Positions 52,200 through 60,489 of a stretch of 64,000 nucleotides of DNA are shown here, piece by piece (the first letter of the stretch is position 1; every line of letters begins with the position of its first letter). The notes below the pieces were generated by a model. It was not told where the DNA came from. It saw only the letters and a list, made by a program, of their open reading frames with translations, and ran no database searches. A program made the position numbers and the translations under genes. Origin of the DNA: Candidatus Neptunichlamydia sp. Lineage in GTDB: Bacteria; Chlamydiota; Chlamydiia; Chlamydiales; Simkaniaceae. The DNA is taken from NCBI GenBank assembly GCA_965233865.1, contig OZ247587.1:384001-448000 (forward strand). The letters are read 5' to 3'.

Positions 52200-52876
52200 G
52201 CATAATCTCTTATATTATTAGACAACGAAGGGTCTAGCTGTTTTCTTTTATACTGCTCGTCCATGATATCAAATCCCGAAGTATCCAAAGGCTTCCAAGG
52301 TTCAAGAATTGAATTTTTTGTAAGTTCTTCAGTGTTTCTTTCGTAATCATCGTACCAAGTAACAAAAGTCACATCTTCTAACTGGGTTCCAGAAGTTTCC
52401 ATTGCCTCTTTAAACTCTTCAACACCTTTCCAAACTCGCTCTGCAACAACAAAAACCATCCAACTTCCCTTTGCAGGATTATGAATGAAAGTTGCAATTC
52501 CAATAACAACCCCAACCATACCTGTTGCCATCATTTCAAAAGACTTCTCTAGATGTTTTTTAGACTCTTCATTGTTGCACCGAATATGGTATTGATATAC
52601 AGCAATATCAAACTTATTTTGTTTTTTTGCTTCACTATCAAAATATCCCCAAAGTGGGCCTTTTTTTTCTGAATTGTTAGAAACATCTCCACGATAATAA
52701 ACTAGATGAACCGGGGATGGAGCCTTAAGGTATTCTAATAGCTTATATTCTAAGATTTCTTTTTTTGACGTAACCTCTCTTCTATTCCACGATACAGGTG
52801 ATTCTTCTGAAATTTCGTGATCATAGTTTTCAATCAAACCAGAAGAGTTGCATGTTGAAAATTCTTCTACTGACAC
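52196..52876 (-). CDS. Cassette A, 226-aa protein with variable hydrophobic hairpin (putative toxin/effector)
   Basis: GTG start; near-identical to 56490-57170 and 57732-58412 outside residues 129-147. Confidence 0.8.
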   Translation of the reverse strand: MSVEEFSTCNSSGLIENYDHEISEESPVSWNRREVTSKKEILEYKLLEYLKAPSPVHLVYYRGDVSNNSEKKGPLWGYFDSEAKKQNKFDIAVYQYHIRCNNEESKKHLEKSFEMMATGMVGVVIGIATFIHNPAKGSWMVFVVAERVWKGVEEFKEAMETSGTQLEDVTFVTWYDDYERNTEELTKNSILEPWKPLDTSGFDIMDEQYKRKQLDPSLSNNIRDYA

Positions 52877-52914
52877 TCTTTTTCTTGCCTCTTATTTTCA
52901 TCCATAATAAAAAA

Positions 52915-52943
52915 ACTATATACCTGGATCACTTTTGAGTCAA
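52915..52943 (-). promoter_or_regulatory. Sigma66/70-type promoter of cassette A
   Basis: TTGACT-N17-TATAGT, identical in all three cassettes. Confidence 0.75.
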
Positions 52944-52980
52944 AAAACTACCTCGTGCACACTATGTTATAATAGTAATC

Positions 52981-55031
52981 ATGAAAAGAATATCCCCGAT
53001 CAGCTTCCTCTTTCTTACAACGATCAGCTGTTTTTGTTCTGAAACATTCATTGGACCGACAGCAAGAGTCAAACATGATTCAGAAGGTCATGGCATTTAC
53101 AGCAACGTCATGGAAATTTCTCCGTGGCACCATAGATTTTTAAATACTTACACCGCATTCATCCCTCCTGACTATACATCAGCAGTAAAATGGAGCGCAG
53201 ATTTTCTTCTGCAACGACTTAATTACAAAAAACTTACAAATAATCACAACTACCTAACACCACAATTAACGACAGCGATTTCTTTAAATAAAATTCTCGC
53301 AAATAGGTTCTTGGATAGTTGTAAACTAGATATTTATGCTTCCTATTCTTGGGGAAAGCTTCTCAAAGCAGAAGGGATTTATTTCACACCCTTCAGTGGC
53401 TGGGGTATCCAGGGGGGGATCGAGAAGCGAGTACCCTTTTTTCATACAAATATTGGAAGATGCGTTATTTACGATGTTGGAAAGCATCACCTAAAATATG
53501 GAAAAGACAAGCTCTTCAAAGGGGCTGGGATGTCTGTTTTTGTAGAACAACCGATAGGAGAAAATGTTTCTATTCGAAAAGATTTTATCTGGAGAGCACC
53601 ATTTAACCATTATGGACTTCAACTTCAGTGGAAACCAAATCCCAAGCATGGTTTTGGAGTTTTTGGAAATAGAACTGTGGGAAAGATTACTAACGAAAAG
53701 CTTTCATCTAAAAATGTTGGAATTGAGTGGATATTAAGAATTCCTCCTATGAAGAAGAAAAATAAACTTTTCTATCAAAAATGTGCTGGTAATGTGCCAG
53801 AAAAATTAAAAAAATGGGCAAAAGACTCAGAAACATTTTACCCGCAGGTTCAGCCTAGAGTTGAAACCATTCCAGAAAAACCTGTTCTACAAATAGAAAA
53901 CATTGCCTCTTGTTACGACGAAATTTTCACGTTAGAAAAACCAAGCTACGGAAAGCTTTGTATAAGAAACAATAGCTTTGAAGACGTTGAAATTCAAGAT
54001 TTTTTTCTTGTAAACTCTCGCAATCAGACTTTTTATCCGCTACATAAATTTAAAGGTTTTCACATTCCGCCTAGGTTGTGTTGAGAAATTTACTTTAACC
54101 ATTGGAGAGCCGCGATAAAATGAAGGAATGCCTTGAACCTTGATGCTAACTTCTCGAACCGAGAAAACAATCGTCTATAATGTTTGAGGAAGCCAAATAA
54201 ACATTCGATTTTGTGTCGTTCTTTATATATGTCTTTATCATGCTCTCGATGATCAATGCGATTTTTCTTTGAGGGAATGATGGCAACAGCTCCGATGCTC
54301 TTTACATGATCAATGATTGCATTGCTGTCGTAGCCTTTGTCAGCCAATAATCTTTTGTAATCCCTACCCTTGAGCAAAGGAATAGCTTGATGACAATCAG
54401 CTGCTTGACCACCTGTTAAAATAAAATCAAGTGGATTACCTAATGCATCACAGATACTATGGATTTTAGTCGTAAAACCTCCGCAGGACCGACCTAAGGC
54501 CTGCTCGTCTTGACCTCCGGTTTTTTTTTACTGGCTCCTGCGGCACAGGCATGAGCGCGGAGGACTGTACTGTCGATCATAATATATTCCATGTCTGGAT
54601 CATTTGAAAAATAGTAGAGCATCTTGTACCACACACCATGTTCAGCCCAGTCTGCAAAACGATGATAGACGGCATTCCAGTCTCCATATTCCTTTGGTAG
54701 CAAACGCCATTGTGCTCCGCTCTTGGCAATCCAAAATACAGCCTCTACAAAGCAACGAGTTTTCTCTTTGTTATTTGTGTGTATTTTGGGGTAATTACTC
54801 AGATATTCGTAAAGTTTCGACCAGGCGTGGTCATTTATTTTATGCGGGTATAGCATATAGATCTCCTTCTTCAGGAAGTCAGCTTGCACCATTTATGGAA
54901 ATTTCTCAACACAACCTAAGGGTCTGTTAGAAGAAGAATTTCTAGATTATCACCTGGAAGGAGAATACCACATTCTAACACCTAAAAAGTACTCTTTAGA
55001 GATCACCTTTGAAGGAGATCCCCTTGAGTAA
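52981..55031 (+). pseudogene. Exported/outer-membrane beta-rich protein split by an IS5 insertion
   Basis: Signal peptide, amphipathic strands; removing IS 54074-54916 and one TA restores ...HIPP-KGLLEEEF...GDPLE* in frame. Confidence 0.75.
54074..54916 (-). mobile_element. IS5-family element type 2, copy 1 (apparently intact, frameshift-type)
   Basis: Perfect 18-bp IR GGTTGTGTTGAGAAATTT, TA duplication, 843 bp; SGAQWRLLP, IDST, ADKGYDS and RHKIECLF motifs; A-run slippery site between the ORFs. Confidence 0.95.
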
Positions 55032-55905
55032 AGTTCAAGTGTTAGAAGTTCAAAAAGGCTTCCAGGAAAAAATCTATAACTGCGAGGCCGACATAGCCAT
55101 AATCGGAGGGGCGATGGGAGCTGGGAAAAGCTTTGCTCTTCTATTAGAGGTAATGAAACATATCCATGACACAGAATATCGCTGTGGGATATTTCGAAAG
55201 CAACGCGCTAATATTTTGTGTACTGGTGGTCTTTGGGAAGAATTACTGTATCTCTGCGATATGTGCCGTATCAAAGTTAAAACCAACCGTCATGACTTAA
55301 AAATCACATTTCCGAGCGGGGCTGTTGTTCAGTTTGGGCATGCAAGGGAAAATCCAGAGGCTCTAAAAAGACATCTAAAAGGAACCCAGTATACCTGTTG
55401 TCACCTCGATGAAGCCGATGAATTTCCCTATGAAGGATTTCGATTTCTCCTTGCCAGAATGCGCTCCAAAGCACAAATCAAACCCTATATGAGGATGACA
55501 ACCAACCCAAGTGAAGGGTGGATTAAAGACATGATCAAGCCATTTTTGAGTGAAGATGACTACCCAAACTCCTCGGAATGTGGCAAGCTTAAATATCTCT
55601 ACTTTATGAATAATAAACCGATTGTTCGTGATACTAAGGAAGAGTTCATCAAAGAATTTAACCTATCTAACGATGATCTTAAATATCTCAAAACGTTCAC
55701 GTTCATTGCAGGGCGCGTTGATGAAAACAAAAAGCTCCTTCAGAACAACCCAGAATATCTATCAAATCTAAAGACTCTTTCCGACTGCGAAAGAGACCGA
55801 TTTCTTTATGGATGGTGGGGAGAGCTTCCGAAAAACGGAATATTTAAAGAGCAGGATTTTCAGATTTATACAGGGATGCCAGAAGAGATGGATCGTTGTG
55901 TTATA
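55024..55905 (+). pseudogene. Phage terminase large subunit, ATPase domain; nuclease domain missing
   Basis: GGAMGAGKS (Walker A), LDEADEF (Walker B), MTTNP and RDRFLYGWW motifs; GAAGGAG RBS before TTG 55024; the ORF runs on out of register over the helicase fragment. Confidence 0.85.
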
Positions 55906-56270
55906 AAAGGATTTTCAGTAGGCAAGAAGAGCTCAAATCTATCTGCTTGGATCTTAAAAACTGCGCCAATGATACAGGGCTTCCCATATTTGTTGCGGCT
56001 CAATTTAACCGCGAAGTGCAATCGTTTTCAGAAATGCATGCCACAAAAATTGGAGAAGCTGGAGATATCGAAAGGATCGCGAATCTCATCATTGGAATGT
56101 GGAACATGAAGTTTAAGCCATTTTCAAAAACAACAGAGAAACAGCAAGCTTTTATCTCAAAAGAAGAAATCCACATGGAAGTTCTCAAAGGCAGAGAAAT
56201 CGGTGTAGGACATAGCGCGCATTTCAAGTGCGATGGCAACCTGGGGAAGATTGATAAAGAAAAACAGTAG
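55896..56270 (+). pseudogene. DnaB-like helicase, C-terminal fragment
   Basis: SRQEELKSICLDLKNCA...LPIFVAAQFNR...IGEAGDIERIANLIIGMW...VLKGR. Confidence 0.8.
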
Positions 56271-56422
56271 CAAGAATCTGTGCAAAAGGTTGAAGCCAAG
56301 AGGGGCCTTAACGATGAAATTGACTCAATTAAGTAAGGGTGCAACATGTTTGAATATACAGGATCTATTAAGTTTATTCCTCTTCCGACCGGAGAAAATA
56401 AGCTTGAGCATGAGGTGGTTTT

Positions 56423-56451
56423 TTGACTCAAAAGTGATCCAGGTATATAGT
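56423..56451 (+). promoter_or_regulatory. Promoter of cassette B
   Basis: TTGACT-N17-TATAGT. Confidence 0.75.
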
Positions 56452-56489
56452 TTTTTTATTATGGATGAAAATAAGAGGCAAGAAAAAGA

Positions 56490-57170
56490 GTGTCAGTAGA
56501 AGAATTTTCAACATGCAACTCTTCTGATTTGATTGAAAAATATGATCACGAAATTTCAGAAGAATCACCTGTATCGTGGAATGGAAGAGAGGTTACGTCA
56601 AAAAAAGAAATCTTAGAATATAAGCTATTAGAATACCTTAAGGCTCCATCCCCGGTTCATCCAGTTTATTATCGTGGAGATGTTTCTAACAATTCAGAAA
56701 AAAAAGGCCCACTTTGGGGATATTTTGATAGTGAAGCAAAAAAACAAAATAAGTTTGATATTGCTGTATATCAATACCATATTCGGTGCAACAATGAAGA
56801 GTCTAAAAAACATCTAGAGAAGTCTTTTGAAATGATGGCAACAGGTATGGTTGGGGTTGTTATTGGAATAGCTTTATTGCCAGGAAAGTATGGTGTAGGG
56901 GCTCTTTCTATTTTCAGTTGCACCGACAGAGTATGGCAAGGAGTAGAAGAATTTAAAAAGGCAATGGAAACTTCTGGAACCCAGTTAGAAGATGTGACTT
57001 TTGTTACTTGGTGCGATGATTACGAAAGAAATACTGAAGAACTTACAAAAAATTCAATTATTGAACCTTGGAAGCCTTTGGATGCTTCGGGATTTGATAT
57101 CCTGGACGAGCAGTATAAAAGAAAACAGCTAGACCCTTCGTTGTCTAATAATATAAGAGATTATGCATGA
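56490..57170 (+). CDS. Cassette B, 226-aa protein with variable hydrophobic hairpin
   Basis: Variable segment LLPGKYGVGALSIFSCTDR. Confidence 0.8.
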   Translation: MSVEEFSTCNSSDLIEKYDHEISEESPVSWNGREVTSKKEILEYKLLEYLKAPSPVHPVYYRGDVSNNSEKKGPLWGYFDSEAKKQNKFDIAVYQYHIRCNNEESKKHLEKSFEMMATGMVGVVIGIALLPGKYGVGALSIFSCTDRVWQGVEEFKKAMETSGTQLEDVTFVTWCDDYERNTEELTKNSIIEPWKPLDASGFDILDEQYKRKQLDPSLSNNIRDYA

Positions 57171-57472
57171 GATTTTTAAAACGAGCTTTGATAAACACCA
57201 GTAAAGAAGAAATAATTGTTAATTTTAGTGGTATTTCTGTTTTTGCTTTACTTCTTTTTTCAAAAGCTATTCCGCGGCTTGTGTATGATGTTTTATTTTT
57301 TTCTTTTGCCTCTGCATCTATAATATACTTTACATTTTACTCAAAATCTAAAGAAAAAATCCCTATAAAAAGTCGTTTGCTTGGAGCCATGGTTGGTGGT
57401 GCATTCATTTGGCAACTCATAGAAGCCTCAAGCAAACTTTTTGCTAAATGGGCTGTTTGTAGTTTTTTTTGA
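57167..57472 (+). CDS. Cassette B, small membrane protein
   Basis: ATGA overlap; about 3 TM segments. Confidence 0.75.
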   Translation: MRFLKRALINTSKEEIIVNFSGISVFALLLFSKAIPRLVYDVLFFSFASASIIYFTFYSKSKEKIPIKSRLLGAMVGGAFIWQLIEASSKLFAKWAVCSFF

Positions 57473-57664
57473 ATTTAACGGTTTGAGATAGTTTAGGCTA
57501 TACAAACCCATCATCAGAATCATAAAAATAATTGAAGTCAAGAGGGGCCTTAACGATGAAATTGACTCAATTAAGTAAGGGTGCAACATGTTTGAATATA
57601 CAGGATCTATTAAGTTTATTCCTCTTCCGACCGGAGAAAATAAGCTTGAGCATGAGGTGGTTTT

Positions 57665-57693
57665 TTGACTCAAAAGTGATCCAGGTATATAGT
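57665..57693 (+). promoter_or_regulatory. Promoter of cassette C
   Basis: TTGACT-N17-TATAGT. Confidence 0.75.
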
Positions 57694-57731
57694 TTTTTTA
57701 TTATGGATGAAAATAAGAGGCAAGAAAAAGA

Positions 57732-58412
57732 GTGTCAGTAGAAGAATTTTCAACATGCAACTCTTCTGATTTGATTGAAAAATATGATCACGAAATTTCA
57801 GAAGAATCACCTGTATCGTGGAATGGAAGAGAGGTTACGTCAAAAAAAGAAATCTTAGAATATAAGCTATTAGAATACCTTAAGGCTCCATCCCCGGTTC
57901 ATCCAGTTTATTATCGTGGAGATGTTTCTAACAATTCAGAAAAAAAAGGCCCACTTTGGGGATATTTTGATAGTGAAGCAAAAAAACAAAATAAGTTTGA
58001 TATTGCTGTATATCAATACCATATTCGGTGCAACAATGAAGAGTCTAAAAAACATCTAGAGAAGTCTTTTGAAATGATGGCAACAGGTATGGTTGGGGTT
58101 GTTATTGGAATTGCAAGGTTACTTCATAATCCTGTAGGAGGTGTTTTTGCAGTCTATAAATGTGGCAAAGGCGTCTGGCAAGGTGTTGAAGAGTTTAAAG
58201 AGGCAATGGAAACTTCTGGAACCCAGTTAGAAGATGTGACTTTTGTTACTTGGTACGATGATTACGAAAGAAACACTGAAGAACTTACAAAAAATTCAAT
58301 TCTTGAACCTTGGAAGCCTTTGGATACTTCGGGATTTGATATCATGGACGAGCAGTATAAAAGAAAACAGCTAGACCCTTCGTTGTCTAATAATATAAGA
58401 GATTATGCATGA
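57732..58412 (+). CDS. Cassette C, 226-aa protein with variable hydrophobic hairpin
   Basis: Variable segment RLLHNPVGGVFAVYKCGKG. Confidence 0.8.
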   Translation: MSVEEFSTCNSSDLIEKYDHEISEESPVSWNGREVTSKKEILEYKLLEYLKAPSPVHPVYYRGDVSNNSEKKGPLWGYFDSEAKKQNKFDIAVYQYHIRCNNEESKKHLEKSFEMMATGMVGVVIGIARLLHNPVGGVFAVYKCGKGVWQGVEEFKEAMETSGTQLEDVTFVTWYDDYERNTEELTKNSILEPWKPLDTSGFDIMDEQYKRKQLDPSLSNNIRDYA

Positions 58413-58717
58413 GCACGTCGTTCAAACAATCTTTAAAATATACTAGTAAAACTGAATGGATTATCGTTTTGCTATCCTTAGTTTTTTTTGAGTTATTATA
58501 TCATGTGTTAAAAACACCTAGAATAATTATAGATCCTTTGTTTTTCCTTTGTGCTTCTGCCGCTACAATATATTCTACATTCTACTCAAAATCTAAAGAC
58601 AAAATTTCCATAAACAATCGCTTAATTGGCGCTATGTTCGCGGGAGCATTTGTTTGGCAACTCATAGAAGCCTCAAGCAAACTTTTTGCTAAATGGGCTG
58701 TTTGTAGTTTTTTTTGA
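58409..58717 (+). CDS. Cassette C, small membrane protein
   Basis: ATGA overlap; divergent N-half, shared C-terminus SKLFAKWAVCSFF. Confidence 0.75.
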   Translation: MSTSFKQSLKYTSKTEWIIVLLSLVFFELLYHVLKTPRIIIDPLFFLCASAATIYSTFYSKSKDKISINNRLIGAMFAGAFVWQLIEASSKLFAKWAVCSFF

Positions 58718-58748
58718 ATTTAATGTTGCTCGTTTTTTAAGCTAGGAG

Positions 58749-58887
58749 TGATCTTCCCCCGTTTCTGTAGACATTTTTAACATAGACTATTCTCATGTTT
58801 TTCTTCAAATTTCACCGGGCTCAAATATCCCAATGTTGAATGTCTTCTCTTATTGTTATAGTAGCATTCTATATAGTTAAATATTTC
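58749..58887 (-). mobile_element. 139-bp right-end remnant of the IS3 element
   Basis: Near-identical to 23975-24113, including the IR TGATCTTCCCCCG. Confidence 0.9.
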
Positions 58888-60311
58888 TGTTGCTAAGTCT
58901 CTTAAAGGAAAAAAGTTCTGCTTGTAGATTCCGATGATCAGAAGTCTGCTCTTACTTGGTCCGAAGCAAGAGACAATATTCAAGAAAATGTACCATCAAA
59001 TACTCAAATTAATGTAGTGCATCTTTCAGGAAGCTCTGTTCTAACGTAAGTCAAGAAGTTATCTAACGATTATGACGAAGTAATCATTGGTGTGGGTGGT
59101 CGAGAAATATCCTCTTTACGAGCGGCCCTTTTAGCCTGTGATATTTTCCTAACGCCATTCAGATCAAGAAGTCTGGATATCTGGAGCATTGAAAAGCCTG
59201 AAGAAATACTTATAGAAGCTCAGACAATGAATCCACATATGAAAGCATTTGTTGTTCTCAATCAAGCAGACTCTCGCGGAAGTGACAACAAAGACGCAAA
59301 GCAAATTCTCAAGGACAGCAAACTTATAAAGCCCATGAATTGTATTAGGTTGTGTTGAGAAATTTACTTTAACCATTGGAGAGCCGCGATAAAATGAAGG
59401 AATGCCTTGAACCTTGATGCTAACTTCTCGAACCGAGAAAACAATCGTCTATAATGTTTGAGGAAGCCAAATAAACATTCGATTTTGTGTCGTTCTTTAT
59501 ATATGTCTTTATCATGCTCTCGATGATCAATGCGATTTTTCTTTGAGGGAATGATGGCAACAGCTCCGATGCTCTTTACATGATCAATGATTGCATTGCT
59601 GTCGTAGCCTTTGTCAGCCAATAATCTTTTGTAATCCCTACCCTTGAGCAAAGGAATAGCTTGATGACAATCAGCTGCTTGACCACCTGTTAAAATAAAA
59701 TCAAGTGGATTACCTAATGCATCACAGATACTATGGATTTTAGTCGTAAAACCTCCACAGGATCGACCTAAGGCCTGCTCGCTTTGACCTCCGGTTTTTT
59801 TTTATTGGCTCCTGCGGCACAGGCATGAGCGCGGAGGACTGTACTGTCGATCATAATATATTCCATGTCTGGATCATTTGAAAAATAGTAGAGCATCTTG
59901 TACCACACACCATGTTCAGCCCAGTCTGCAAAACGATGATAGACGGCATTCCAGTCTCCATATTCCTTTGGTAGCAAACGCCATTGTGCTCCGCTCTTGG
60001 CAATCCAAAATACAGCCTCTACAAAGCAACGAGTTTTCTCTTTGTTATTTGTGTGTATTTTGGGGTAATTACTCAGATATTCGTAAAGTTTCGACCAGGC
60101 GTGGTCATTTATTTTATGCGGGTATAGCATATGGATCTCCTTCTTCAGGAAGTCAGCTTGCACCACTCATGGAAATTTCTCAACACAACCTATTTCACAA
60201 CGCAAGGTGTTTGCTAATGCTATCTCAGAAGGGCTAGGCATATTAGAGTATAGACCCATAGACAAAAAAGCTGAATTGGAGCTAAAAAAAATGATATCGA
60301 AGTTATATTGA
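58888..60311 (+). pseudogene. parA: Short plasmid-type ParA ATPase; 5'-truncated, internal stop, split by IS5
   Basis: KVLLVDSDDQKSALTW, YDEVII, LRAALLACDIFLTP, VVLNQAD; resumes in frame after the IS as SQRKVFANAISEGLGILEY...KAELELKKM. Confidence 0.85.
59348..60190 (-). mobile_element. IS5-family element type 2, copy 2
   Basis: Same 18-bp IRs, TA duplication, 843 bp, near-identical to 54074-54916. Confidence 0.95.
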
Positions 60312-60352
60312 AATGATATCTTAATGATATAAATATGATATTAAAGTGATAT
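60292..60352 (+). repeat. Six TGATAT hexamers at exact 11-bp period (putative partition centromere)
   Basis: Starts at 60292, 60303 (TTATAT), 60314, 60325, 60336 and 60347. Confidence 0.7.
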
Positions 60353-60381
60353 GATTTAACAGAAAGAACCTCAAGGTAAAA

Positions 60382-60489
60382 ATGGTAGTCAATAAAATCC
60401 TAAAGAAACAAGAAGCTTTCATCGAAGGTAAGCAGGAAGCAAAGAAAGAGAGTCAACCTCAAAAATTCAGGCAGCTGCATAATGTATTA
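60382..60489 (+). pseudogene. N-terminus of a small ParA-partner protein, truncated by IS5
   Basis: MVVNKILKKQEAFIEGKQEAKK...; position directly after parA and the repeats. Confidence 0.45.

Larger units (their letters stand above)
56290..58717 (+). repeat. Tandem duplication, period 1242 bp (cassettes B and C)
   Basis: The sequence from 56290 recurs from 57532; all landmarks are offset by 1242 bp. Confidence 0.92.

Noticed and set aside
55009..56109. 366-aa ORF as a full-length terminase
   Set aside because: After ~55905 it is out-of-frame read-through over the DnaB fragment; there is no nuclease domain
56233..57741. ORFs 56233-56499, 57532-57741, 56000-56431 and 57428-57673
   Set aside because: They run across the cassette promoter or junction and recur only because the DNA is duplicated; no independent coding evidence
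51894..58717. Diversity-generating retroelement as the source of cassette variation
   Set aside because: No reverse transcriptase in the window, no non-coding template repeat, and the differences are not confined to adenine positions
49512..58717. CRISPR array or integron cassette array
   Set aside because: The repeats are gene-length or promoter-length, not short repeats with unique spacers; no attC-like sites, cas genes or integron integrase seen
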